DNA of 64,000 bases, from the NCBI GenBank assembly GCA_934096275.1, contig CAKOLK010000001.1, forward strand, positions 15,876-79,875. The letters run 5' to 3'. The position numbers were made by a program, and so were the translations under genes. Within the stretch, counting starts at the first letter, position 1; every line of letters starts with the position of its first letter. Below are positions 1-9,600 of the stretch, one piece after another. Origin of the DNA: an uncultured Bacilli bacterium (GTDB lineage: Bacteria; Bacillota_I; Bacilli_A; RF39; UBA660). The notes under the pieces are model-generated. The model saw only the letters and a list, made by a program, of their open reading frames with translations. It searched no databases and was not told the DNA's origin.

Positions 1-449
1 TCGATGAAATATATACAAATAAAGTACATATTTACAATATTTACTTGCCAAACATAAGAAAAAAAGATTATAATAGTCTTGAGGATTATGAAAAACTATT
101 ATTAATCTTTAATGAAGAGGATGATGAAGTCCTTGATATGTTAAGTAAGGGTGATGATATCATGAAAGAATACATTGAAGATTCTAAAAATGCAAGTGAG
201 CAGGACGAAATAATTGGAATGTATGACAAAGAGTTAAATGATGAAATGTTAAAAAGAGCAGAGATAAGAGAAAACAGAGAAGAAGCATATAATGAAGGGC
301 TTGAATCTGGTCGAAAAGAAGGTTCTTTAGAAAGTAAAAGAGAAACTGCTCTTAAGATGATTCAGAATAACTTGTCATTTGATCTTATTGCAGAGTGTAC
401 TGGACTATCACTTGAAGAACTTGATGTATTAAAAAAGGAAATAGAATAA
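1..449 (+). CDS. C-terminal part of an Rpn-family (PD-(D/E)XK) recombination-promoting nuclease / putative transposase-like protein; the gene runs off the left edge
   Basis: The frame is open from base 3. The acidic/coiled-coil tail ends in ...ALKMIQNNLSFDLIAECTGLSLEELDVLKK, which resembles the helix-turn-helix-like tails of Rpn/YhgA-type proteins. Recognised from memory of the family only. Confidence 0.4.
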   Translation, partial: DEIYTNKVHIYNIYLPNIRKKDYNSLEDYEKLLLIFNEEDDEVLDMLSKGDDIMKEYIEDSKNASEQDEIIGMYDKELNDEMLKRAEIRENREEAYNEGLESGRKEGSLESKRETALKMIQNNLSFDLIAECTGLSLEELDVLKKEIE

Positions 450-499
450 TATCTATTCCTCTTTTTGTTTTTTAGTATGAAATAATAAAGTGTCTTTTA

Positions 500-1732
500 T
501 CACTTTATTATTTTATTTATTTTTTCATACACTTCTTTTAATGACTTTTCATATTTTGAAGTTTCTTTAGGATAGTAATAAATACTATCTTTTATTTTAT
601 CTGGCATATAATTTTGTTTAACCAAACTGTTTGGGTAATTATGAGGGTATAAATAGCCAATATTAGGACTTTTTATTATACTTGGTACTTCTCCAATAGC
701 ATGTTCTTTTATCTCGTTAATGGCTTTATCTATTGCAAGATAAGCACTATTGCTTTTTGGAGATAAACACATCTCAATAACTATATTAGAAAGAGGAATT
801 CTAGCTTCTGGTAAACCAACTCTTTCACAAGCATCAATAACAGCATTAAGTTTAGGACCAATCGAAGGATTACCAAGTCCTATATCTTCATAACATATAA
901 CAGAAAGACGTCTAAATATAATACTTAAATCTTCCATGATAAGAAGTTGTGCTAGATAATGTAGGGCAGCATTAACATCTGATCCTCTAATAGACTTTTG
1001 AAGTCCACTAAGAGAGTTATAATAGCTTTCTTCATTTTTATCACCAGTAATAACTGAAGTATTATTAATACTTTTAATGGTATCTACACTAACACTATGA
1101 TCTTTATTATAATAATAAGATACTTCAAGTAAGTTATAAGCAAATCTTAAGTCATATTTAGATATTTTAGCAATGTATTTTAATGCATCATTAGTTATTT
1201 TAATATCTTTTAAATATTCTGTTTTAATAGCTTTTTTAAGTCCTTTTAATATATCTTCTTCACTAAGAGGCTCTAGTTTGAATATTTGACATCTACTTCT
1301 TATCGCAGGATTTATTGCATGGTATGGATTAGAAGTAGTAAGACCAATTAAAGTAATAAGACCACTTTCTAAGCATGGAAGAAGTATATCTTGTTTATCT
1401 TTATTTAATCTATGAATTTCATCTACAATTAAAATCATTCCATCATACATTTTAGCTTCTTCAATTACTATATCAAAGTCTTGTTTTTTATGAATAACGG
1501 CATTTAAAAAACGATAATTCATACCCAAATCATTTACAATCGCAGTAGCTATACTAGTCTTACCAATACCTGGTTCTCCATATAAAATCATTGAAAATAT
1601 TTTTTTATTTTTAACCATATTAGATATAATCTTGTCTTTACCAATTAATGTTTCTTGTCCTAAAACATCTTTTAAAGTTTTAGGTTTTAGTTTTATTGCT
1701 AATGGTTCATTCATACTAACACTTCCATTCAT
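500..1732 (-). CDS. rarA: replication-associated recombination protein A (RarA/MgsA AAA+ ATPase)
   Basis: Walker A GEPGIGKTS, Walker B LIVDEIHRLNK, and a MgsA-type C-terminal domain (GSDVNAALHYLAQLL..EDIGLGNP). Confidence 0.9.
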   Translation of the reverse strand: MNGSVSMNEPLAIKLKPKTLKDVLGQETLIGKDKIISNMVKNKKIFSMILYGEPGIGKTSIATAIVNDLGMNYRFLNAVIHKKQDFDIVIEEAKMYDGMILIVDEIHRLNKDKQDILLPCLESGLITLIGLTTSNPYHAINPAIRSRCQIFKLEPLSEEDILKGLKKAIKTEYLKDIKITNDALKYIAKISKYDLRFAYNLLEVSYYYNKDHSVSVDTIKSINNTSVITGDKNEESYYNSLSGLQKSIRGSDVNAALHYLAQLLIMEDLSIIFRRLSVICYEDIGLGNPSIGPKLNAVIDACERVGLPEARIPLSNIVIEMCLSPKSNSAYLAIDKAINEIKEHAIGEVPSIIKSPNIGYLYPHNYPNSLVKQNYMPDKIKDSIYYYPKETSKYEKSLKEVYEKINKIIK

Positions 1733-1869
1733 ATATATTTTATCAAATATATTTATATATTACAAACAATTATTCTTAAAATGTTTCTTTTTTAATCTTT
1801 TCTTTATTTTTATCGTTGTTTTTGTTATAATATATTCAAAATTATTTAACTGAAAGGAAGAGTTTATAT

Positions 1870-2697
1870 ATGAGACATGCTGATACTTATGTTTTTGAAA
1901 TTAATCATGAAAAACCAGTAACTAAAACTGAAATCTTAAAAGAAATACGAAATGTATTACTCTCTGAACCTAACAAAGATGATGATTGTATTTCTTTATA
2001 TGATGTTGCTCAATTAATAAAAAGAAAACGAGAACATTACGAGAATGTTATAGAATCATATGAGAGACGACTTACGTCGATATCAAAACGTAATGGTTTA
2101 GGTTATACAAATATAGTTGTTGATAATGATTTTAAGGATGAAAATAAGATAAAAATAGATTTTAATACTAAATATAATAATAAACTTGATAATGCACTAT
2201 TCTTTAAAGAAGATGATGATTTATGTATTATATGTCCTTTGATATATGTTTCACAAGGAAAACAAATATTACTGATTTTAGGAAATACAATTTCACAACT
2301 TTATGATGCGGTACTTCAATATAACAGAATTTTTGATTATTATGTTCGTGATATTAAGTCAATGAATTCAGATGTTTCAGTTGATATTATTGGTGACTCT
2401 ATTTATATATCTTTTGCACATGATTCTGAAGAAGAATTTAAATTAGAACTAAATAATAGGTCTGATCAATACGAATGGAGGACTAACTCATATAAAATTG
2501 CAAGTACAATTTCAGAAAGTGAACACGAAATATTTAAAAAAGTATTTATTAAAATTGAAGACTGTCCTGAATGGAGTAGAGATGATTTATATAAAATTAG
2601 AAAAAATCAATTAGAAGGAAAAGATACATATTTTGAAGAAACACAACCTGAAAAAACAGGAATAAAAAGAAAAATACTTTCATTTTTAAAAAGATAA
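1870..2697 (+). CDS. hypothetical protein (275 aa)
   Basis: Long ORF with GGAAG upstream of the ATG, followed by a hairpin terminator. No family recognised. Confidence 0.55.
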   Translation: MRHADTYVFEINHEKPVTKTEILKEIRNVLLSEPNKDDDCISLYDVAQLIKRKREHYENVIESYERRLTSISKRNGLGYTNIVVDNDFKDENKIKIDFNTKYNNKLDNALFFKEDDDLCIICPLIYVSQGKQILLILGNTISQLYDAVLQYNRIFDYYVRDIKSMNSDVSVDIIGDSIYISFAHDSEEEFKLELNNRSDQYEWRTNSYKIASTISESEHEIFKKVFIKIEDCPEWSRDDLYKIRKNQLEGKDTYFEETQPEKTGIKRKILSFLKR

Positions 2698-2720
2698 AGC
2701 CATTAGGCTTTTTTTGTTTT
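2696..2720 (+). terminator. rho-independent terminator
   Basis: AAGCC-atta-GGCTT stem followed by TTTTTGTTTT, immediately after the stop at 2697. Confidence 0.6.
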
Positions 2721-2785
2721 ATAAAGTTTAATGGTTATATTGCGAATAAAGCCTTTTATATGCTATAATTATGTTGAGGTATAAT

Positions 2786-3676
2786 ATGGAAGATAAGTAT
2801 GAAGTTAATACATTTATTTTAGATTATATTGATTATTTAAAATATGAAAAGAACCTAAGTTCTAGAACAATAGAAAAATACAAATATAGTCTAATTGTTT
2901 TTGAAAAGTATATGTTAAATAAGAATATTAATTTATTTGATGTAACACAATACAATATAATAGACTTTCTTACTAATTATTTTAAAGATAAGGGTGTTAG
3001 TTCTAAGACAAATAGTATTACTTCGATTAATAACTTTTATATATATCTAGTAAAGGATAAAAGGATTGATATTAATCCCTGCGAGAATATTGATAGACCA
3101 AAGATGAAGAAAAGGTTACCTGATGTATTGACTGTAAATGAAGTTGATAAATTATTAGATATTCCACTTCATACTAAAGAAGATTATAGAGATAAAGCAA
3201 TACTTGAGGTTTTATATGCTACTGGTATAAGAATTAGTGAACTTACTAATTTAAAAATGCAAGATGTAGATTTTACTAATAAAGTAGTTAGAGTCTTTGG
3301 TAAGGGTTCTAAAGAAAGAATTGTTCCTATTAATAAGTATGCTTTAAAGTATTTAGGAATGTATTTAGATATAAGAGGATCTTTCTTAAAAGGTAAACTT
3401 ACTGATTATATATTTTTAAATAATAAAGGAAATGCTATTAGTAGAGAAAGCTTTGGACTAGAACTTAATAAAATAGTAAAAAAACAAGGATTAAATAAAA
3501 GGGTTACACCTCATATGCTTAGACATTCATTTGCTACTCATATGTTAAATCAAGGTGCAGACTTAAGAAGCATACAAGAATTACTTGGACATTCTGATAT
3601 TAGTACTACTACTATATATACACATGTAAGTAATGAAAAGGTAAAAAATGATTATTTAAAATACCACACAAGATAG
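2786..3676 (+). CDS. xerD: tyrosine site-specific recombinase, XerD-like
   Basis: C-terminal catalytic motifs ...TPHMLRHSFATHMLNQGADLRSIQELLGHSDISTTTIYTHV. The ATG at 2786 is preferred because GAGGT lies 5 nt upstream; the ORF-track ATG at 2771 abuts a TATAAT box. Confidence 0.8.
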   Translation: MEDKYEVNTFILDYIDYLKYEKNLSSRTIEKYKYSLIVFEKYMLNKNINLFDVTQYNIIDFLTNYFKDKGVSSKTNSITSINNFYIYLVKDKRIDINPCENIDRPKMKKRLPDVLTVNEVDKLLDIPLHTKEDYRDKAILEVLYATGIRISELTNLKMQDVDFTNKVVRVFGKGSKERIVPINKYALKYLGMYLDIRGSFLKGKLTDYIFLNNKGNAISRESFGLELNKIVKKQGLNKRVTPHMLRHSFATHMLNQGADLRSIQELLGHSDISTTTIYTHVSNEKVKNDYLKYHTR

Positions 3677-3687
3677 GGAGGATATTT

Positions 3688-4857
3688 ATGAGATTTAAAA
3701 GAGTATTTTTAATAGTTTGTGATTCACTTGGAGTAGGGGAAGCACAAGATGCAGTAAATTATGGGGATATAGGTGCTAATACGTTGAAGCATATTAATGA
3801 TAAGCATAATCTATTTATACCTAATCTAAAGAAATTAGGTTTCTTAGATACTATTAATATGAATGAAGATGATGAAGTTGAAGCATACTATACTATTGCA
3901 AGACCTAATAATAAAGGAAAAGACACATTAAATGGTCATTATGAAATAGTAGGCTTAAGAAATGAAGTGCCATTTAAAACATTTACTGAACATGGTTTTC
4001 CAGATGAATTAATCAAAGAAATAGAAACTCAAACAGGAAGAAAAGTTATTGGTAATTGTGCTGCTTCTGGTACTGAAATAATTAAAGAATTGGGAGAAGA
4101 GCATATAAAAACTGGTGCACTTATTATCTATACATCAGCAGATTCCGTTTTACAAGTAGCAGCACATGAAGCGGTTATTCCAGTAGATTTGTTGTATAAA
4201 TATTGTGAAATTATTAGAAATATAACCACTAGAGATGAATGGAAAGTGGGTAGAATTATTGCAAGACCATTTATTGGTAATAATAAAGATAATTTTAAAA
4301 GAACAGGAAATCGTAGAGATTTTGCTTTAAAACCACCTACTAAGTCTATTTTAAATAAATTAAGTGATAAGGGATTAAGTGTTATATCAGTTGGTAAAAT
4401 ATATGATATATTTGATGGAGAAGGAATAACTAAAAAACTTACTTCTCATTCAAACAAAGAAGCTGTAGATAAAGTGCTCGAAGTAATGAATAAAAACTTC
4501 ACTGGTTTATGTTTTGCTAATTTAAATGACTTTGATACATTGTATGGTCATAGAAGAGATTCTTTAGGATATGCTAATGCTATTGAGGAACTTGATGTAG
4601 AAATACCAATGATGTTAAATAACTTAAATAATGATGATTTACTTATTATAACAGCAGATCATGGTAATGATCCAACATATTCAGGAACAGATCATACAAG
4701 AGAAAATACTCCAGTAATTATTTATAGTAGAGTATTTAGAAACCCTAAAAGCTTACCAATTATGTCAACATTTGCAGATATTGGTGCTACTATAGCGGAT
4801 AACTTTGAAGTAGATCCTCCAATGATTGGGGAATCATATTTAGATAAACTAATATAA
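3688..4857 (+). CDS. deoB: phosphopentomutase
   Basis: N-terminal MRFKRVFLIVCDSLGVGE and C-terminal ...ITADHGNDPTYSGTDHTRE metal-site motifs typical of DeoB. GGAGG precedes the ATG. Confidence 0.9.
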   Translation: MRFKRVFLIVCDSLGVGEAQDAVNYGDIGANTLKHINDKHNLFIPNLKKLGFLDTINMNEDDEVEAYYTIARPNNKGKDTLNGHYEIVGLRNEVPFKTFTEHGFPDELIKEIETQTGRKVIGNCAASGTEIIKELGEEHIKTGALIIYTSADSVLQVAAHEAVIPVDLLYKYCEIIRNITTRDEWKVGRIIARPFIGNNKDNFKRTGNRRDFALKPPTKSILNKLSDKGLSVISVGKIYDIFDGEGITKKLTSHSNKEAVDKVLEVMNKNFTGLCFANLNDFDTLYGHRRDSLGYANAIEELDVEIPMMLNNLNNDDLLIITADHGNDPTYSGTDHTRENTPVIIYSRVFRNPKSLPIMSTFADIGATIADNFEVDPPMIGESYLDKLI

Positions 4858-4875
4858 TAGGGAAGGGGAAGTGAT

Positions 4876-5322
4876 ATTATAAAAAGAATATTTAGTTTAC
4901 TAATTATCGTACTTTTAACATTTACAATAGTTGGATGTTCTAATAAGATTCCAATTAAACCAGAATATGGTGTAAATGAACAAGCAATTGCAGATGATAT
5001 TGAATTACTTGTAAATGAAGTTATTTATAATGAAACACATCAAACGTTGAAAATTAAAGTTAAAATGACTAATAAGAGAGATAATACTGTTACAATTAAA
5101 TCAGATGAAATGTTTAAGCTATATGATATAAATAAGGTTCAAATACCTAATAGTTATAATAATAGTACTAATATAATCAAAAAAGATGAAACTATTACTT
5201 ATATATTAGAATATAGTGTTGCTAAGAAGGAAATATATGAATTGTATTTTTATTCAGGTGTTGTAGAAAACAATATAAGATTTAATATAACTAGTAAGGA
5301 TATTATTAATGCTATTGAATAA
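4876..5322 (+). CDS. putative lipoprotein; the upstream in-frame extension has no canonical start codon
   Basis: The ORF-track call is 5047..5322. The same frame is open from 4861 and encodes ..IKRIFSLLIIVLLTFTIVGC|SNK, a signal peptide plus lipobox. Only ATT (4876) or ATA (4879) follow the GGAAGGGGAAG purine run. Confidence 0.4.
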   Translation: MIKRIFSLLIIVLLTFTIVGCSNKIPIKPEYGVNEQAIADDIELLVNEVIYNETHQTLKIKVKMTNKRDNTVTIKSDEMFKLYDINKVQIPNSYNNSTNIIKKDETITYILEYSVAKKEIYELYFYSGVVENNIRFNITSKDIINAIE

Positions 5323-5373
5323 AATAATCTTAAAAATGTCATAATATCAATTATCGGAAGTTGTATATTTATT

Positions 5374-5403
5374 AAAAAGATGAGGTTTAATCCTCATTTT
5401 TAT
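5374..5403 (+). terminator. hairpin terminator, possibly bidirectional
   Basis: ATGAGG-tttaat-CCTCAT flanked by an A-run and a T-run. Confidence 0.5.
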
Positions 5404-5596
5404 TATGATTTATATTGATATTATGTTCTCTTAATTCCTTTAATTCTGCTTCTTTTTCTAGATATCTATCATTAATTTTCATTTCATTATGTGTTTTTAC
5501 ATCTTCAACAATACAAAAAATAAAAAATCTAAAAGCAAATATAATTAATAAAACACAAAAACCAATAAAAATTATTACAGATAAATCTGAATCCAT
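5387..5596 (-). CDS. small single-pass membrane protein, hypothetical
   Basis: 69-aa ORF with one TM helix (VIIFIGFCVLLIIFAFRFFIFCIV) and a charged tail. Confidence 0.35.
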   Translation of the reverse strand: MDSDLSVIIFIGFCVLLIIFAFRFFIFCIVEDVKTHNEMKINDRYLEKEAELKELREHNININHNKNED

Positions 5597-5749
5597 TAAA
5601 ATACGACTCCTTTATACTATATTTATAACTCTATTATAACATACTCTCCTACTACTTTTCAATCAAATTCAAAAATGTGGTTATGATTTAAATCGACAAA
5701 TAAAAAGATGGATAGTTATCCACCTCGATTTAAAATAGGAAATATATAA

Positions 5750-6526
5750 TTAAAGCTTTCTAGACATAATTTCTGCTATTTTTTCAAATACTTCTTTACC
5801 ATTAGATTCATTTATAGAACTATAACCAAGTTCTTGTAATGCTTGTTTTCTTAATGTAAATAATTCTTCAGTTCTACTTAGTTTTTCTTCATTTTTTTGA
5901 GCAATTTCCATTTCAAGTTTTTTATGTTGTTCTGCAACTTTACTACGTGATGCTCCCCTGCTTGAATATAAGTTCATAGCAGAGTAGACAATGCCTTCAA
6001 AAATATATTGTTTATCTTCATCATATATATATTCATTTACATTAGTGATACAATTTATCTTTGCAACATATGCAAGAACATATTTTAATTCTTCAAATTG
6101 TTCCATTGATTGAAGATAATTTTGTAAGTATTTTAATGTTTTATAGTTAGTATCATCTGATGTATCTAGATCTGTTAATAGTTTTTCTTTTAATAAAACA
6201 AATATTTCTGTAAGAAGTGTTTGTTCTTTCTTACCAAGTCCTTTAAAATCAGTCATTTGTTCTTTAACATCGTCAACCATACCATCATTTATTTTAGATT
6301 CTAAAGTTGCAATATATTTTTCATTTACTTTAATATTTTTTAATTCAGATTCATTTTCTACTCCTAAAAGAAGTAATAATTTATTTTGTTTATCCTTTGG
6401 TAATTCATCAGTACTACTTAATGCCAAGTAATTGTAAAGCATTTGACGTGATACTCCTAAAAACTTTGCAACATTAACTTTTGAAATACCACTTTCATTT
6501 ATAATTCTGTTTACTTCATTCATCAT
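5750..6526 (-). CDS. HTH (XRE-like) domain protein with a long helical C-terminal region
   Basis: The N-terminus ISKVNVAKFLGVSRQMLYNYL is HTH-like. The start is set at the ATGATG 6 nt after AGAGGAGGG. Confidence 0.6.
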   Translation of the reverse strand: MMNEVNRIINESGISKVNVAKFLGVSRQMLYNYLALSSTDELPKDKQNKLLLLLGVENESELKNIKVNEKYIATLESKINDGMVDDVKEQMTDFKGLGKKEQTLLTEIFVLLKEKLLTDLDTSDDTNYKTLKYLQNYLQSMEQFEELKYVLAYVAKINCITNVNEYIYDEDKQYIFEGIVYSAMNLYSSRGASRSKVAEQHKKLEMEIAQKNEEKLSRTEELFTLRKQALQELGYSSINESNGKEVFEKIAEIMSRKL

Positions 6527-6602
6527 AAAGTACCCTCCTCTATCGTTCATAATTTAATTTTAGCACTAGTGTAAAGAAATGTCAAGTAAATGATACAAAA
6601 TA

Positions 6603-6640
6603 AAGAACAAACTAGCTCAGAGTTTGAGTCATTTGTTCTT
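6603..6640 (-). terminator. rho-independent terminator downstream of polC
   Basis: 9-bp stem AAGAACAAA/TTTGTTCTT, followed on the minus strand by ATTTTGT. Confidence 0.55.
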
Positions 6641-6641
6641 T

Positions 6642-9600
6642 CTACATCATATCAAATAGTGATAATTGACTAGATTCTGGTAAATCTTTTAATATTCCCA
6701 TTAGTCTCATTTTTTCTATTAAAGTAGAAGATAGTTTTCCTCTTTTTTGAAGGTCTTCGATGCTTAAGAATTCACCTTTTTCTCTTTCAGTAATTATATT
6801 ATTTGCTACTGTTCCACCTAACCCATCTAGTGCTCTAAATGGAGGAATAAGAGTTTTTCTATCTTCATCTATCATGAAGTTCATTGAGTGTGATTTCAAT
6901 AGATCAACTGGACCAAATTTATATCCTCTTGCAGTCATTTCAAGTGCTACTTCAAGAGTAGATAATAAATCTTGTTCTTTTACAGAAAGTCCAAACTTAT
7001 TTACATTCATTTCATCGTATTTTTCTTTTATTGCATCGTATCCTGCTTCCATTACTTCTAGATCGAAGGCAAAGCATTTTACTGAGAAGAATGTTGCATA
7101 GTATTCGATGGCTCTATTAATTTTGTACCAAGCTATTCTCCATGCTGCTGATACATAAGCTGTTGCATGGGCTTTTGGGAACATGTATTTTATTTTATCA
7201 CATGAATCTATATACCAATCAGCAATACCTGTTTCTTTAAGTAAAACTTTATAATTATCCCATTTTTCTTTTTCTTTTTTTTGTTTTCCTTTACGAACTA
7301 ATTCCATTATTTTGAAGGCATCAATTGGTTTTACACCATGATTACTTAGATAAACCATAATATCATCACGACATCCAATTACTTGACTGAATGGACAAAT
7401 ATTATTTCTTACTAGTTCTTGAGCATTACCATTCCATACGTCTGTACCATGTGAAAGTCCTGATATTTTTACTAGTTCTGCGAATGTTTTTGGTTTTGTC
7501 TCTAAAACTATTCCTATTACGAATCTAGTAAATTCTGGAAGTCCTACACAACCTACTTCACATTCTATCTGTTCTGGTGTTACTCCGAGTGCTTTTGTTG
7601 ATGAAAATAAACTCATTACTTCTTTATCATCCATTGGTATTGTTGTAGGATCTATTCCTGTAAGATCATATAACATCTTAAATATAGTGGGGTTATCGTG
7701 TCCTAGTATATCTAGTTTTAATAAGCATGATTCAATATCATGATAATTAAAGTGTGTTGTAAACCATTCAGAGTCATCAGAATCAGCAGGATATTGAAAT
7801 GGAGTAAAGTCATAGATATCTTTATAGTCTGGGACTACTACTATACCACCTGGATGTTGTCCTGTTGTTCTTTTAATACCTGTAACTCCTTTTGCTAAAC
7901 GTTCTACTTCAAGCATTTTTATATCAGTAATACCTCTATCTTCATAATATCCTTTTACAAAACCAAATGCTGTTTTTTCCGCAACTGTACCAATTGTTCC
8001 AGCACGAAATACGTGATCCTCACCAAAAAGTACTTTAGTATAATTATGAGCAACTGGTTGATAGTCTCCGGAGAAGTTAAGGTCTATATCTGGTACTTTA
8101 TCAGCATTAAATCCTAAGAATGTTGCAAATGGCATATCTTGTCCTTCTTTTTTAAACAATGCACCACATTCACATTTTCTATCTGGAAGATCATATCCTG
8201 ATGGATAATCCTTTCCATATGGTATTCCCTCATCATTATTAAATATAGTCTTTTTACAATTAGGACAAACATAATGAGCAGGAAGTGGATTTACTTCAGT
8301 TACCCCAAGCATTGTAGCGACAAAAGATGATCCTACTGAACCACGGGAACCTACTTGATACCCATCTGAGTTTGATTTTTCTACTAGTTTTTGAGCAATT
8401 AAGTAGATAGTATCGAATCCCCCATTTATGATACCATTAAGTTCTTGGTCTAGTCTTGTTTGAATTAATTCAGGAAGTGGATCTCCATATATAGAATGTG
8501 CTTTATTATAACAAATACTTTTTATAGTTTCTTGACTATTTTCAAATCTTGGAGAGAATGGTATACCATGTGTATCTGGTATTATTTCTACTTCTTCGAC
8601 TAGGTCTGCTACTTTATTGGTATTTGTAACTACTATTTCATAAGCTTTATCTTCTCCTAGAAAAGAGAAATCATTTAACATTTCATTAGTAGTCCTAAAG
8701 TACATACTAGGAATATCTTTTATATCCTTTTTATTAAGAGGATGTCTTCCTCCACCTGGAACTTTTTGATTTACTATTATTTTTCTATAAATAGTATCTT
8801 CTTTATCTAATTGATGCACATCTCCAGTTGCTACGACCATTTTATTTTTAGTTTCTGCTACTTCAATTATCTTTTTAATATTTAATAGTACTTCTTCATT
8901 GTTTTTGAAGTCATCTAAATCAATTAAATAGCTATATACATCAGGAGGTTGTACTTCAACATAATCATAAAAGTTCATTAAGTCTCCAAGTTCTTCTTCA
9001 CTTTTACTTCTTGCTTGTCTAAATATTTCTCCATTTGCACAACTACTACCAATAAGAAGTCCTTCACGAAGTCTTTCTATTTCAGAACGTAGTATTCTAG
9101 GTGTTTTATATAAGTATTTAGTATTTGCAAGAGATACTATTTTAAATAGATTTTTTAATCCAGTTTGATTTTTTACTAAGATATTTATATGAAATAATTC
9201 ACCAAACTTATGGATATCTTCTTTGGATACTAAATCATCTATTTGATTCATTTTATAGATTTGCTTAGCATTTAGTTTAACCATCATTTTATGAAATATT
9301 AATGCGGTTGCCTCAGCATCGTAGTCTGCTCTATGGTGGGCATCTTCATCCCAAGGAATATCATATCTTTTAACAAGTGCAGAAAGTGAATGACGGGAAG
9401 CACCAGAGTCTAAAGCACGAGAAAGTTGAAGTGTATCTAAAAGAACGTTTTTGTATTCACCAAGATTGTATTTTTGATAAGCCATTTCTAAGAATGATGA
9501 ATCAAACTTAGCATTATGAGCAACCATTGGCAAATCTCCATACCATTCAATAAACTCTTTTACAGCTTCTTCTTCATTAGGACAGTCCACTAACATTTCA

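Noticed and set aside
6760-7101. Antisense 'shadow' ORFs inside long genes, for example 6760-7101 and 10299-10484 in polC, 12396-12800, 22416-22718, 38092-38385, 48904-49197, 49778-50222 and 56972-57334.
   Set aside because: They lie opposite well-supported genes, are low-complexity (Leu/Ile/Phe/Ser-rich), and have no SD. These are typical stop-poor antisense frames in AT-rich DNA.
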